Positions 30,479-41,219 are shown, numbered from the stretch's first letter. The stretch: DNA of 54,407 nucleotides from an uncultured Calothrix sp. (GCA_937884685.1 CAKZYM010001130.1:1-54407); one strand, 5' to 3'. Notes: generated by a model from the sequence alone, not told the origin. Numbers and translations are program-made.

Positions 30479-32200
30479 ATGCTCGATTATAAACAGGTTA
30501 ACCCCGACGAAAATATACAGTATAACTTTGCATATCTAATAGATACATCCGACAGTGTTGGCACTAATACCCTCGAACAAGCTAAACATGCCTACATCAG
30601 TTTAACAAATTCCCTGATAGAGGCAGGAATTGCAGATGTCAGTCGATTTGCAATTATTCCTTTTAGCTCTGATGCTTCTGTTCAAACTCCTCAGAATGCT
30701 ACAGAAGTAATTTCAACAATTGAAGGTTTATCTGGCAATGGTTTTACTAACTTCAATGCAGCACTTGAAACAGGATATAAATATTTCTCTTCTCTACCTC
30801 CTGGGGCCGAAAACATAGCTTATTTTATTTCTGATGGATATTCTACTGTAGGAGGATCTTTTGAAGACTCAGCTAAGGCTTTGCAAGAAGTTGCTAATGT
30901 TCAAGCTTACGGTTTTGGTCCAGCGAATGTTCAAGAACTGAGAATTATCGATTCAGAACGACCTGAGATATTCCCCGATTCATCACAGCTAATTACTAAA
31001 CTTTCTGCGAACGTAGGTGCTTTAGTTTCTAGCAACCCTGACATTATTGATTCCAATAATGATATTGAAATCGCATCAGCTCCTTCTGATGCAACTAATC
31101 AACCTGTAGAAGGGAGTTCATCGAATAACGGTGGTCAAGAAGTATTAGAGAAAGAAGAAGAAAATCTAGTTGATGATTATGGTGAGGAAACCCCATCACA
31201 ACTCCCAGAACCACAAAGCCAATCAACATCTCCGGAATTAGAAATTGATGATGTAGCTAACCTAGGAGCCAACTTAGATCCGTTAACTGATGCAGTGCTT
31301 CCTGTCATAGATATCGAAGATGTTTCCATCGAGGAAGGTAACTTGGGAAGCAGCATCGCTCAATTCACAGTTAACTTATCTTCACCAGCCACTGAGGAGA
31401 TTCAATTCTCATACGAAACTATCGATGGAAGTGCTACTTCTGGTTCTGATTACAATCAAACATCTGGACAGATTACCATTCCAATTGGTGAAACCAGCGC
31501 CAAAATTGACATAGAAGTGAATGGGGATAGTGAAGTAGAGCCAAATGAAGAGTTTACTCTCAAGCTCAACGAGTTATCTTCAGCGGCTTTTGCAAATGAA
31601 CAAACAGAATACAGCAAAGTGGGGGTTATAGAAAACGATGATCTCCTTCAAAGCTCCCCAGTTATTCCTCAAAACGAAACCCCAATTACACAGACAGAAA
31701 ATAATACAATTCTCTTTGATGGTAATCTACTTAATTTAGAATCCTATGCTGGAGAGATAGAAATTGAGTTGAATGTATCTGGAGAAGCATTGTACGACAA
31801 CACTGTTGGTTTTTATGAAGTTGACAATGCACAAGGAACTATTACAGACCCAATAACCGGAAACCAGTTAAATCCAAGTGATGGTCAGGCTTATATTGAA
31901 CTAGCAATCAAGCTTCGAGAACCTGGATTGAATTTGAACCTAGATGGTCAAAGTTCTACCACTGTTAAAGATACCCTCTCGGGAGGTCAGTATGGTTTAT
32001 TTCTTGTTGCTGATGGAGACCTAAGTAGTCTTGAGGAAGATTTCACACAGGTTTACTCCTCCTTCTCTGAAGCGAACTCCGATAAATTCCAGCATATCCG
32101 CTCTTTAGGAGACAATACCCTTGGCATTGAAGATTTATTTAATGGTGGCGATAATGACTTTAATGACATGGTTATCCAATTTGAAATTACAGAAGTCTAG
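30479..32200 (+). CDS. vWA + Calx-beta + DUF4114-like secreted adhesin-type protein
   Basis: MIDAS DTSDS...T...SDG; Calx-beta IEDVSIEEGN...DGSATSGSDY; C-terminal HIRSLGDNTLGIEDLFNGGDNDFND. Confidence 0.82.
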   Translation: MLDYKQVNPDENIQYNFAYLIDTSDSVGTNTLEQAKHAYISLTNSLIEAGIADVSRFAIIPFSSDASVQTPQNATEVISTIEGLSGNGFTNFNAALETGYKYFSSLPPGAENIAYFISDGYSTVGGSFEDSAKALQEVANVQAYGFGPANVQELRIIDSERPEIFPDSSQLITKLSANVGALVSSNPDIIDSNNDIEIASAPSDATNQPVEGSSSNNGGQEVLEKEEENLVDDYGEETPSQLPEPQSQSTSPELEIDDVANLGANLDPLTDAVLPVIDIEDVSIEEGNLGSSIAQFTVNLSSPATEEIQFSYETIDGSATSGSDYNQTSGQITIPIGETSAKIDIEVNGDSEVEPNEEFTLKLNELSSAAFANEQTEYSKVGVIENDDLLQSSPVIPQNETPITQTENNTILFDGNLLNLESYAGEIEIELNVSGEALYDNTVGFYEVDNAQGTITDPITGNQLNPSDGQAYIELAIKLREPGLNLNLDGQSSTTVKDTLSGGQYGLFLVADGDLSSLEEDFTQVYSSFSEANSDKFQHIRSLGDNTLGIEDLFNGGDNDFNDMVIQFEITEV

Positions 32201-32846
32201 CCCATCACTCTAATTCCGTTGTAAGAACTATCTCATTAATTTCTTCATCAAAAAGGAGACATCCTGATTGTAATTTTTTTCGTCAAACAGGGTTTCTCCA
32301 TTTTGATAGTAACTAGGGTTTAACTAAAAGGGATAAAGAATTTGAAGGTGTTGATTATTGTGTTTCGATTAACACCTGCAATGCTATCCTCATTTTCGAG
32401 GATTAATAATAATTAACACTGGTAAATTATGTATTTTATATTACTAATTACTACTCTTCAAACATTATCTAAAGATTTTTAGGAGACTATAAACTGCGTA
32501 TATTTATATCTCAGAGGAAAGCTCACTATTCCTTTCCATGGCAAGAATCAGGTTATGACTAATGATTTACTGCATAATTCATGTGATACTTATGTTTCGT
32601 AGTAACGTCCGAATTTGTAGGGGATTAAGGCGCAACTATGAAATCCGCAAATTAAATGCGCTTGAGTACTGAATATAAGAAAAACTAAATTTCCTATTTT
32701 AAGTATTCCTGCAAACACATAATTACTATTTTTACTTTTAATATAAAGCTGCATGGCGATAATTACTTATGTGAATATACAAGTAATTATTATCACGCAG
32801 AAAAATATTTAGACCATTCATCTAAACTAAAAGCTAAGTAAAAATA

Positions 32847-33575
32847 ATGAATAAAATCTTACAAACTCAGGAATTAGCAATCGCCATCACAGCCAAAAAT
32901 CTGAATCCAAGCATCATTAATCTTGATTTTCTGACCTACAGTAGTATTATCTCGTCGGAATTGAAACTAGCACGTCAGCCAATTTATACTAAAAATTTAA
33001 CACAGCTTGTTTTCCAAAGTGGAATTGCAATAGTAGCACAACCCAACCGAATAGTTTTTGCAGAAACTATTGATACAAAAGATATTCAAGAATTACAAAT
33101 ATCTAAAGTAGCTGCAAAATGTATAGAAAAGCTACCGAATGTAGAATATAAAGCTGTAGGAATAAATCCCAAAGGATTTGTAACTTTTACAGAGTCAAAT
33201 GGTGCTAGCAACTATTTATTAAATAATCTGCTTGCTTCTGGAGAGTGGCGAGAATTTGGTCAAACACCTGTAAAAGCAGCAATTCAATTAGCTTACACTT
33301 TAGAATCTTCTCAATTTAATTTAACTATTAACGAGGGGTTACTAAAAGTTTCAGAAGAAAAATCAGTACCGGCAGTATTGTTCTCTGGTAATTTTGACTA
33401 TAAGATTAGCATTAAAGAGCCAGAAGCTCGTTTAAAAGATTTGCATGAGATTCTTCACAATTGGAAAAGTAATTTAGAAACTTATAAACAACTGATTAAC
33501 GAGAAATTTTTATCATCAGTTATAGCAGATAAAAATACAATTCCTTTTGGTATTCCAATATCTCCATCAGTTTAA
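32847..33575 (+). CDS. Hypothetical protein (cyanobacterial type)
   Basis: 242-aa ATG ORF with normal composition; no function recognised. Confidence 0.7.
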   Translation: MNKILQTQELAIAITAKNLNPSIINLDFLTYSSIISSELKLARQPIYTKNLTQLVFQSGIAIVAQPNRIVFAETIDTKDIQELQISKVAAKCIEKLPNVEYKAVGINPKGFVTFTESNGASNYLLNNLLASGEWREFGQTPVKAAIQLAYTLESSQFNLTINEGLLKVSEEKSVPAVLFSGNFDYKISIKEPEARLKDLHEILHNWKSNLETYKQLINEKFLSSVIADKNTIPFGIPISPSV

Positions 33576-33914
33576 TACATTTAAATATCATATTTTGTCA
33601 TGTCTTTCCGAATCATTATAGGATAAATTATTCATATACCTGGTATTCTATTTCAACAAATACCGGGTTTATTAACTATCATAATTGATTGTAAATAACT
33701 GTAAACTACTACGAATATTCTCTTTTCCTACTATTAATTATTCTCTATTATTGTTAGATTACAAATTTATTTTATAAGAAGTGTGGAACAACCAATTATA
33801 TTCCTTAAGCAATTTTACGGTTCTCAGATAAAATCTTTGCTAGATATAAAGGAATACATACCTTTTTCATTGGTATTAGCTAGGATGCCCTGTCTACCGT
33901 AATCCAAACGAGCT

Positions 33915-35234
33915 ATGACTGTCACGCTGATTAAATACCCCGCACCATTGTTGAATAAAATTGGCTCCTATGTTTGCCAAGCAGTTATTTATATTCAGCA
34001 ACAGCAGCCCGAACTATTGCTCAATAAGTACAGAAATGTATCTTGGCGTGACAATAACAACCAATCGCGTTTAAAAGTAAAGCTCATAGAAGTAATCGCT
34101 AATACTCAAAATTGGGAATCCTTAATCAATCAGGTAGAAGTGTTTATTCAAAGTTTACTCATACCTGATTCTACTAATACGCCAGTTCTAATAAAATTAC
34201 AAGAAAAAATTCGTCATCTTGAACCTAAGATTTTAGATTCAGAAACTGCTAATAATCAACAAGAATCTTTACCGACAAAAACTATTTCAGAAGCTTCTGA
34301 AAGCCAAAAATATATAAACTCTACAGAATCTACTCAACAAGAATCTTTACCGACAAAAACTATTTCAGAAACTTCTGAAAGCCAACAAGATATAAGCTCT
34401 ATAGAATCTACTCAGGAAGAATATTTATCTACAAAAACTAATCTAAAAACTTCAGAAAATCAACCAAATGCAAATGATTATAATAATAAAACAGAAGAGC
34501 AAGTTAGCATAAAAGAGAATCAACTTATTACCGCATTACTTTTAGATGCAGAAAACATTCCACTTACACCCGAAAGCGAACAATTTTTAACAAAATTTTG
34601 TACTAACCCTATTCAAATAAAAATAGCGTTTGCCAATTGGCAGAGCATGGGTGAAAAGGATACAGAGTTCTATGACCGTGGTTACGATTTAATTCATGTT
34701 CCCCACGGTAAAGACAATGCTGATGGGAAAATGATAGCCTTCGGCTCGACTATTGATGAATATTACCCGAAAGTAAAAGAAATTTTGGTCTGTTCGTCAG
34801 ATAATGTCATGACTAACTTATGCGAGCATCTTCAACACAAAGGTTTAACAGTTTTCCAAGTTAGCCAGCATTTGAGTAATTTAACTATCTTGAATGGTAA
34901 AACCCAAGAAACCCAAAATCACACTATTCTACCTTCGATAGAAAAACTTCTGTCTCAGATAAAAGAGATAATTGAAGAGCAAGAAAGACAGACATCAAAC
35001 CAATGGATAAAGCTTTCAAAAATCTGTAAATTATTTAAAGAAAAGCATAGCTTTGGCGTTAATAAAGTTGTTTCACATCACCTTCCAGGTAAAAACATTA
35101 AAAATATTTTTGTCCACAAACCTGAGTTTGTAATTCACCAAATACCGGAACGACCAGAAATATATATAACTTTATTCAAAATGCCGATTCAGGAAGATAT
35201 AGAACAAAAAGAATCAGTTAAAATTCAAGAATAA
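33915..35234 (+). CDS. NYN (PIN-like) domain protein with OST-HTH/LOTUS domain, probably C-terminally truncated
   Basis: LLLDAENI, KDNADGKMI, VCSSDN acidic motifs; WIKLSKICKLFKEKH winged-helix-like segment. Confidence 0.75.
   Translation: MTVTLIKYPAPLLNKIGSYVCQAVIYIQQQQPELLLNKYRNVSWRDNNNQSRLKVKLIEVIANTQNWESLINQVEVFIQSLLIPDSTNTPVLIKLQEKIRHLEPKILDSETANNQQESLPTKTISEASESQKYINSTESTQQESLPTKTISETSESQQDISSIESTQEEYLSTKTNLKTSENQPNANDYNNKTEEQVSIKENQLITALLLDAENIPLTPESEQFLTKFCTNPIQIKIAFANWQSMGEKDTEFYDRGYDLIHVPHGKDNADGKMIAFGSTIDEYYPKVKEILVCSSDNVMTNLCEHLQHKGLTVFQVSQHLSNLTILNGKTQETQNHTILPSIEKLLSQIKEIIEEQERQTSNQWIKLSKICKLFKEKHSFGVNKVVSHHLPGKNIKNIFVHKPEFVIHQIPERPEIYITLFKMPIQEDIEQKESVKIQE
34257..34463 (+). repeat. 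In-frame 78-bp (26-aa) tandem repeat, ~2.6 copies
   Basis: Units start at 34257, 34335 and 34413 (QQESLPTKTISE...). Confidence 0.9.
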
Positions 35235-35282
35235 ATCTGACCTCGAACAAAGATTAATAAAAATTATTATTAATTAATTTAT

Positions 35283-35371
35283 TAGGACTTACGCAAAAGC
35301 AACGTAATTATTTGATTATGAACGATAGCAAATTAATCGCAAAAACTCTGCGTTAGCGGAGCTTAGTCCTG
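35283..35371. mobile_element. Degenerate MITE-like insertion
   Basis: Ends TAGGACTTACGCA ... GCTTAGTCCTG; internal AACGTAATT..GAACGATAGC also seen near 50122-50150. Confidence 0.5.
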
Positions 35372-35784
35372 ATTTAGCCGTGAATACTTCCAACTACCAC
35401 ATTCCCATCTATACATTTCGCCAAAAATTTGATGATGAATACGACAAAATAATTAATAAAATTATCAAATAATTAATTACAGGCAGTAATTGACTCAGTT
35501 CTATCAAATCTTACAATTCAATAAAACTAAAGAAAACCGGGAATACATGGTAGGTAGAAGTTATCAGTGTTACCCAAGGGTGAAGTCTTCACCCCACCAT
35601 AAATTTTGCCAGCGATTTATCTCAACACCGAATTCTTTGAATAGAGTGAGATTATTGTCCCGGTAAAAGGTAAAAAAATTTAGTAAAAAGAACTATTTCC
35701 TGCTTAGGAGTGACTTGAAATTTCGGCAAAAAAGGCAAAATTAACAAACAGACAAGCGTTATAGGGCCTTTTTCTTCAATCAAA

Positions 35785-36843
35785 ATGAGAATTGCTTACG
35801 TTCACTTCTATGTTGAAGATGCCAAAATTTGGTGTGATTGGTTTGTAAATTATCTTGGTTTTTACAGGTTAGAGGATAATGCTTTGACCTGTAATTTTCC
35901 ACCTAAAGGAGATACAACCTATCATACCTCGACGGAAGTAGTTAAAAGCGGTTTGGTTTGCTTTGTTCTATCTTCACCAAAATCATCGATTAGTCCGGTC
36001 GCTAAATATCTACAGAAACATCCACCTGGAGTTGTAGATGTTGCATTTGAGGTAGAAAATTTATCGGCGACAATTGCGCTGGCAAATGCCTATGGAGCAA
36101 AAGTTATACAATCTACCGCGCAATACCAAAATGCTAAGATTATCGCTTGGGGAGGACTTACACATACTTTATTGGAAAAACCATTAACAAAAAATGCGGT
36201 CAAAAATCACTGTTCAGCTTCTTCCATCCAAGCAATAGACCACATAGTTTTAAATGTACCGGTGGGTTATTTAAAAACAGCTGTTGCTTGGTACCAAAAT
36301 GTTCTGGGTTTTCAACCCCAACAGACATTTAATATTCAAACTGAATATTCTGCTCTGCACAGTCAAGTTATGGTTTCTTCAGATGGAAGCGTACAATTAC
36401 CAATAAATGAACCTGCAACTCCCAACTCCCAAATTCAAGAATTTATCAACGCTAACCAAGGAGCGGGTATTCAGCATATAGCTTTACAAACCAGCAACAT
36501 AATTCGTAGCATAGATCAGTTCCGCACCCGTGGAATGTCTTTTCTCCCTATTTCCCAAAACTACTATTTCCAATTACAACAGCGAACAAATTTACCTCTT
36601 AAATCAAATGAACTCGAGAATATTGCTAAATTAGAAATTTTAGTAGATTGGAAAGAAGACTTTCCGAATGCTTTACTTTTACAAATTTTTACGCAACCAA
36701 TTTTCTCAGAACCGACTTTTTTCTTTGAATTTATTGAACGTCGAGAATGCGCTCAAGGTTTCGGAGAAGGTAATTTTCGCGCTCTATTTGAAGCTATGGA
36801 ACTTGAACAAATTAAACGTGGAAGTTTACAGCTAAAAAGTTAA
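35785..36843 (+). CDS. hppD: 4-hydroxyphenylpyruvate dioxygenase
   Basis: IDHIVLN, LPINEP, SQIQEF, GIQHIAL, FFEFIER, GFGEGNF. Confidence 0.93.
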   Translation: MRIAYVHFYVEDAKIWCDWFVNYLGFYRLEDNALTCNFPPKGDTTYHTSTEVVKSGLVCFVLSSPKSSISPVAKYLQKHPPGVVDVAFEVENLSATIALANAYGAKVIQSTAQYQNAKIIAWGGLTHTLLEKPLTKNAVKNHCSASSIQAIDHIVLNVPVGYLKTAVAWYQNVLGFQPQQTFNIQTEYSALHSQVMVSSDGSVQLPINEPATPNSQIQEFINANQGAGIQHIALQTSNIIRSIDQFRTRGMSFLPISQNYYFQLQQRTNLPLKSNELENIAKLEILVDWKEDFPNALLLQIFTQPIFSEPTFFFEFIERRECAQGFGEGNFRALFEAMELEQIKRGSLQLKS

Positions 36844-36913
36844 CGATTCATAACTAATCTATCCCTCTTTCCAAGCTAGAGGGATTGGGAATTAAAAGAA
36901 GTTCTATAAGTTC

Positions 36914-37041
36914 TATACAGTTTTCGGTTGAGTGCGATACACTCAAAACCTGACCCGTCTCACAGACACCCCTCTTCGCTAACTTAAAGAGGGGAAGGGG
37001 GTGAGGTCAATTTATATTCGATATAAGTGAAAACCGCCATA
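36914..37041. repeat. MITE-like short dispersed repeat
   Basis: Imperfect ends TATACAGTTTTC / GAAAACCGCCATA with internal CCCCTCTT...AAGAGGGG hairpin and GGGGTGAGGT. Confidence 0.55.
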
Positions 37042-37099
37042 TATTTATCATAGAGTTAATCTCAAACTATTTTAAAATGACCTATATTAATTTCCTCTA

Positions 37100-37203
37100 C
37101 TAGTACAGTATGGCTTAAATAAAGCAACCATTCAAAATGCTTGAAAAGCCTAGAAAATCAAACTTTTTACTTCTTACTTCTTACTTCCGCGAAGCGGTAC
37201 TAG
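37100..37203. repeat. MITE-like element with CTAGTAC termini
   Basis: CTAGTACAGT ... GCGGTACTAG with internal TTACTTC heptamers. Confidence 0.6.
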
Positions 37204-37399
37204 CTCCATAGTTCCTTTACTTATTTAATGCTAAGAAAAGGGTAAGAGTAATCCAAAATATACAATCTAGCTTAAAAATTTTAGAGAAAAACATCTCCCC
37301 TTCAAAGTCTTGCCTACAACATTTGGCTTATTTAATGTTCATAATCAAAACTTGCTAACAATTGTGATACTTTGTAAATAAAATTCACATTTATTTGCA

Positions 37400-38080
37400 A
37401 TGGTAAGAATCATCACGGATTTTGATGGCCCAATCAGCGATGTCTCCGAGCGTTATTATCAGGTGTATCTATTGAGTTTAGAAAAAAATCGTCATCAGAA
37501 TCAACAGCTACAAGTACTTTCTAAAGATGAGTTTTGGGGATTCAAACGTTCGCGTATCCCAGAAAAACAAATAGGTATTATTTCTGGCTTGGAGAAGACA
37601 CAAGCAGAAAATTTTGCTCTATTACGGAAGCAAATCGTACATACACAACCTTATTTTGACTATGACATTTTAGCGACTGGTGCCATACAGGCTTTAACAA
37701 CAGCTAAAGAAGCTGGAGCTGATTTAGCTGTGATGACCATGCGTAGAGAGCGGGAACTAGAATATGCTTTGCAACAATTTGATTTGTACCAGTTTTTTTC
37801 AGAAAATCGCCGTTATTGTCTTAGCAATGATTACGTGAAGACTCGCGATATAGAAGATAAACCGCTACTTATGGAGCGCGCATTAAAAGAACTACCTCCT
37901 ACAGAACAAACTTGGATGATTGGAGATACAGAAGCGGATATAATTGCTGCAAAGAAACATTATGTAAAATCAATTGCTGTAGAATGTGGAATTCGCGATC
38001 GCACTCAACTAGAAAACTATCGCCCAGATATAATTGTGAAAAATTTAACAGAAGCAGTGGACTTGATACTTGAAAGTTAG
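37400..38080 (+). CDS. HAD-superfamily hydrolase
   Basis: Motif I DFDGPI, motif II VMT, motif III K, motif IV IGDTEAD. Confidence 0.88.
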   Translation: MVRIITDFDGPISDVSERYYQVYLLSLEKNRHQNQQLQVLSKDEFWGFKRSRIPEKQIGIISGLEKTQAENFALLRKQIVHTQPYFDYDILATGAIQALTTAKEAGADLAVMTMRRERELEYALQQFDLYQFFSENRRYCLSNDYVKTRDIEDKPLLMERALKELPPTEQTWMIGDTEADIIAAKKHYVKSIAVECGIRDRTQLENYRPDIIVKNLTEAVDLILES

Positions 38081-38191
38081 ATTCTCCACCGATAAATATT
38101 AAAAACAAGGAAGAAAAAATGGGTGTAAGGGAATTAATTATGAGTAATAAGTTAAATACTTATTTAAGATTCCCTATTTTCCCAATTAAAT

Positions 38192-38818
38192 CTACTTAAG
38201 AAAACTACAAATTAGCCACAGCAACACAAAGGTTACTACAGTCGCAAATTGATTAGCTGTAAAATCAGTCAATTGTAATTGTTGTATCAGCGGACTTGCA
38301 ATAAGTCCTCCAATAATTAAACCAACAATTAAGCCTATTAAAGTTAATAAAGCTGCTCTACCGAATCTACTTTCTTTGCGATTGAGGAAATAAATACTTA
38401 CTCCAACTCCAAGTACAAGCATTAACTGTAAAACCTGGTCGCCTGCAGACCTGTAAAACAAGCTGTTGGCACTTAAGCCGAGGTACCAGACTCCAGGTAT
38501 AACTACATCAAGAGTGCTGGGTTTATCTACTATTTTTTGTAGCCAAGCTGGTGACTGTTGTTTTGGAACGGGAGTTAAATCGGGAGCTACCTGCTCTCTG
38601 CGTTCGGGGAAGCGAATACGTTCGGGTACTTTAATTTTTCCTTCTTGACGCATTCGGAGGCGATCCATCAATACAGCATCATAAGCCGCTTCAATCATTT
38701 CAAGACGCTGACTGTCGCCATTATGTTGTTCTACTAGGCGGTCACGTGTATCTTGAATTTCTTCAAAGCTAGCGTCTTCTGATACCCCAAGTTTTTCATA
38801 GGGATTTTGGTGGCTCAT
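38192..38818 (-). CDS. CPP1-like (J-like domain) membrane protein, DUF3353-type
   Basis: NPYEKLGVSEDASFEEIQ...IEAAYDAVLMDRLRMRQEGKI plus C-terminal TM helices. Confidence 0.85.
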   Translation of the reverse strand: MSHQNPYEKLGVSEDASFEEIQDTRDRLVEQHNGDSQRLEMIEAAYDAVLMDRLRMRQEGKIKVPERIRFPERREQVAPDLTPVPKQQSPAWLQKIVDKPSTLDVVIPGVWYLGLSANSLFYRSAGDQVLQLMLVLGVGVSIYFLNRKESRFGRAALLTLIGLIVGLIIGGLIASPLIQQLQLTDFTANQFATVVTFVLLWLICSFLK

Positions 38819-39535
38819 GGGAGTTAATTATTGATAGCGAGGTCGGCAGCAGTTTGTTATTAAAAACTATTTTATGATTTATTTTGGTAGAAACCAATAT
38901 TGTCGTACTCAATTTAATAGTCTTGCTTGGACAAAAGCATCATAAGTACTTTCAGTAACACAAGTAATTCTCACTAACAGTAACTTTAACATATCGCAAT
39001 AACTCAGTGTATCCCCTCATGCCGTTGAGCAATAAGGGCTTTAATGTAGAATTTGAGATAAAAACACAAAAAGTACACATCTTTTATGAAAAAAATTAAA
39101 CTTTGTGTTTTATTTAAAGCAGGCATATTTATCTGGAGGTAAATTTGTTTTCTTAACCTCCTTCTTCTTTTTGTGCCCTTTAATCGCATATAGATTTAAA
39201 ATTGTTAGCGTTTAAGTAATTTGTAGCTTGAAGCAACTAAATTTCTAGTTTAATCTTCAAGTAACACAGCCTGCATGTTGGAATATTTATAATCTTTAGA
39301 TATTCTTGCATTAGAAGAAGAACGTTGCTGCTTTATACTCAGGGTTGCATAAAAGATAAAATTTATGTTCTCCAGTTATCGTAAATCACTAGGCATTACC
39401 AAGCGTATGCTGGGCGGTAAAACGATTAACGAGAGCTTTAGCATTGTAGATTATTTTTGTCCAAACGCGGATGTCCGCGTCTTAAAAACGCAATCCGCCT
39501 GTAAATCCTATGAATTTTTTTGCAAAGTGATGGTC

Positions 39536-40255
39536 ATGGCTCCCACTGCCAAGATTCTTGTAGTTGACGACGACCCTGCCGTTAGGAATTTAATCCAGCG
39601 GTTCTTGATGAAGCAGAGCTATCAAGTAGAAGCTGCCGAAGATGGCAAAACTGCTTTGGCTTTATTCGAGCAATTTAATCCAGATTTGGTAATTTTAGAC
39701 GTTAATTTACCAGATGTAATTGGATTTAACCTTTGCCAAGAAATGCAGAGTCGCAATGGTGTTTTTGTTTTAATGCTGACTAGTCGTGCGGACGAAGCCG
39801 ATAAAATTCGCGGCTTTTCCAAAGGTGCTGACGACTATCTTACTAAACCCTTTGGTTTAGGAGAGTTAGAAGTCAGAGTCGCAGCCATTCTGCGCCGTCA
39901 GCGCGTTGTTACCACAGCCGAACAAAAGCGTTTAGTTTTTGAAAAGTTGATGATAGATCCCGTCCGAAGAGAGGTTTCGCTCAATAATCTACCAGTTCCT
40001 TTGACTGCGTTGGAATTTGACTTGTTACATTTTTTGGCCAGCCATCCTGGTAGGGTTTGGCGACGTGCCGAACTAATCCAAGAGGTATGGGACTATGAAT
40101 ATGTTGGTGACCAAAGGGTTGTAGACGTACATATAGGTCAAATTCGCAAAAAGATTGAAGCTGATGCTGCTCAGCCTGCTTTAATTCAAACAGTGCGTGG
40201 TGTTGGCTATAAATTTGAATGTCCTGCTCCAGCGCAGCAACCTGAAAAAGTTTAG
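39536..40255 (+). CDS. OmpR-family response regulator (RpaB-paralogous, possibly SrrA-type)
   Basis: KILVVDDD, LVILDVNLP, GADDYLTKPF, VDVHIGQIRKK, IQTVRGVGY; true start likely 39536, not 39365. Confidence 0.9.
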   Translation: MAPTAKILVVDDDPAVRNLIQRFLMKQSYQVEAAEDGKTALALFEQFNPDLVILDVNLPDVIGFNLCQEMQSRNGVFVLMLTSRADEADKIRGFSKGADDYLTKPFGLGELEVRVAAILRRQRVVTTAEQKRLVFEKLMIDPVRREVSLNNLPVPLTALEFDLLHFLASHPGRVWRRAELIQEVWDYEYVGDQRVVDVHIGQIRKKIEADAAQPALIQTVRGVGYKFECPAPAQQPEKV

Positions 40256-40433
40256 TTTAATCGTCATAAACCTCCCCTTCACGTAGATGGGAGGTCCTGC
40301 CGACCTACTTAATCAATTGTCTAATTGTGGTTAAATAATATACTTCTGTCTAACCCAATTAAATGCCTAAAAGCAGCCTATAAAAAGATAATTTACTCTT
40401 AGTACAAGTCCGTGGTGCAGATGACTCAAAAGT

Positions 40434-40910
40434 TTAAATCAATGCAACTTGCCATTGATACGATTCACGACGTTGCTTGATACGTTTGTGCAGCCTACCG
40501 ATACGGTTGTATGTTTTGCGCTTATTATTTTTACCTTTTTTCCTTGAAGCGTGGCGAGAACGAACCCGCATTAATCGCTTAAGGTTTTTATTGGTATTGA
40601 ATCTTGGATTATCTATCCGAGAACCATCGGAAAGATGGACTAACTTTGTTAAACCTAAGTCGCAACCAATAACGGTTTTTATTTCGTCTGGTCTTACTTC
40701 AACCGCTTGAGGAATAGCTTTATCTTCAACTTTTATGCTGATGTACCAGCCATCAGCTTTTTATCTAATAGTTTCTGACTTAACCTTAAAGCCATCTGGA
40801 ATAGAGCGAGAATTATGATAAATAACCCAACCGAGACTTTTAATATTAATACCAGTTGAGGTTATATGTTTATTCTCAATGTTGGTAATATTGAAGCTTT
40901 TAAACTTGCT
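40434..40910 (-). pseudogene. tnpB: IS200/IS605-family TnpB fragment
   Basis: Minus-strand translation ...YHNSRSIPDGFKVKSETIR*KADGWYISI...VIGCDLGLTKLVHLSDG...NPRF...RRESYQWQVA; RuvC-I present, in-frame stop at 40761-40763, both ends missing. Confidence 0.85.
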
Positions 40911-41025
40911 TAGTTAAAAATTATTTTTTCAATAACAGATAATTTAAATCATAGCGTCTAATAAGAAATCCCTTTTTGACAAGCATATTTATTTGTTTAT
41001 TTTTTGTATCCTATTTTTGTTGTTG

Positions 41026-41061
41026 AAATACCCGGCTTTACTTAATCAAAGCCGGGTATTT
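41026..41061. terminator. 14-bp stem hairpin (terminator or palindromic repeat)
   Basis: AAATACCCGGCTTT-acttaatc-AAAGCCGGGTATTT. Confidence 0.6.
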
Positions 41062-41219
41062 TCTTATGGCTGATAAATTCTAGATAATACTTGTATCAGT
41101 TTTATGACTTCAGGTTCGCTTTTATTATTGAAAATTACCTATCTAAAGACACAGGAATAATGAACGATACTATATCTATTCCCAACCAAACTCCCAAGCG
41201 ATTTAGAGCTAGTTGAGTA

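Noticed and set aside
35785-36843. hppD as part of the indole cluster
   Set aside because: Over 22 kb away and among core genes; ordinary tocopherol/tyrosine metabolism explains it
39004-39189. 61-aa basic ORF in the divergent promoter region
   Set aside because: Low-complexity AT-rich frame with no supporting signals
39365-39535. 57-aa N-terminal extension on the response regulator
   Set aside because: Receiver domain begins at MAPTAKILVVDDD; the extension looks like an open 5' UTR
40477-40710. 77-aa plus-strand ORF
   Set aside because: Antisense shadow of the TnpB remnant
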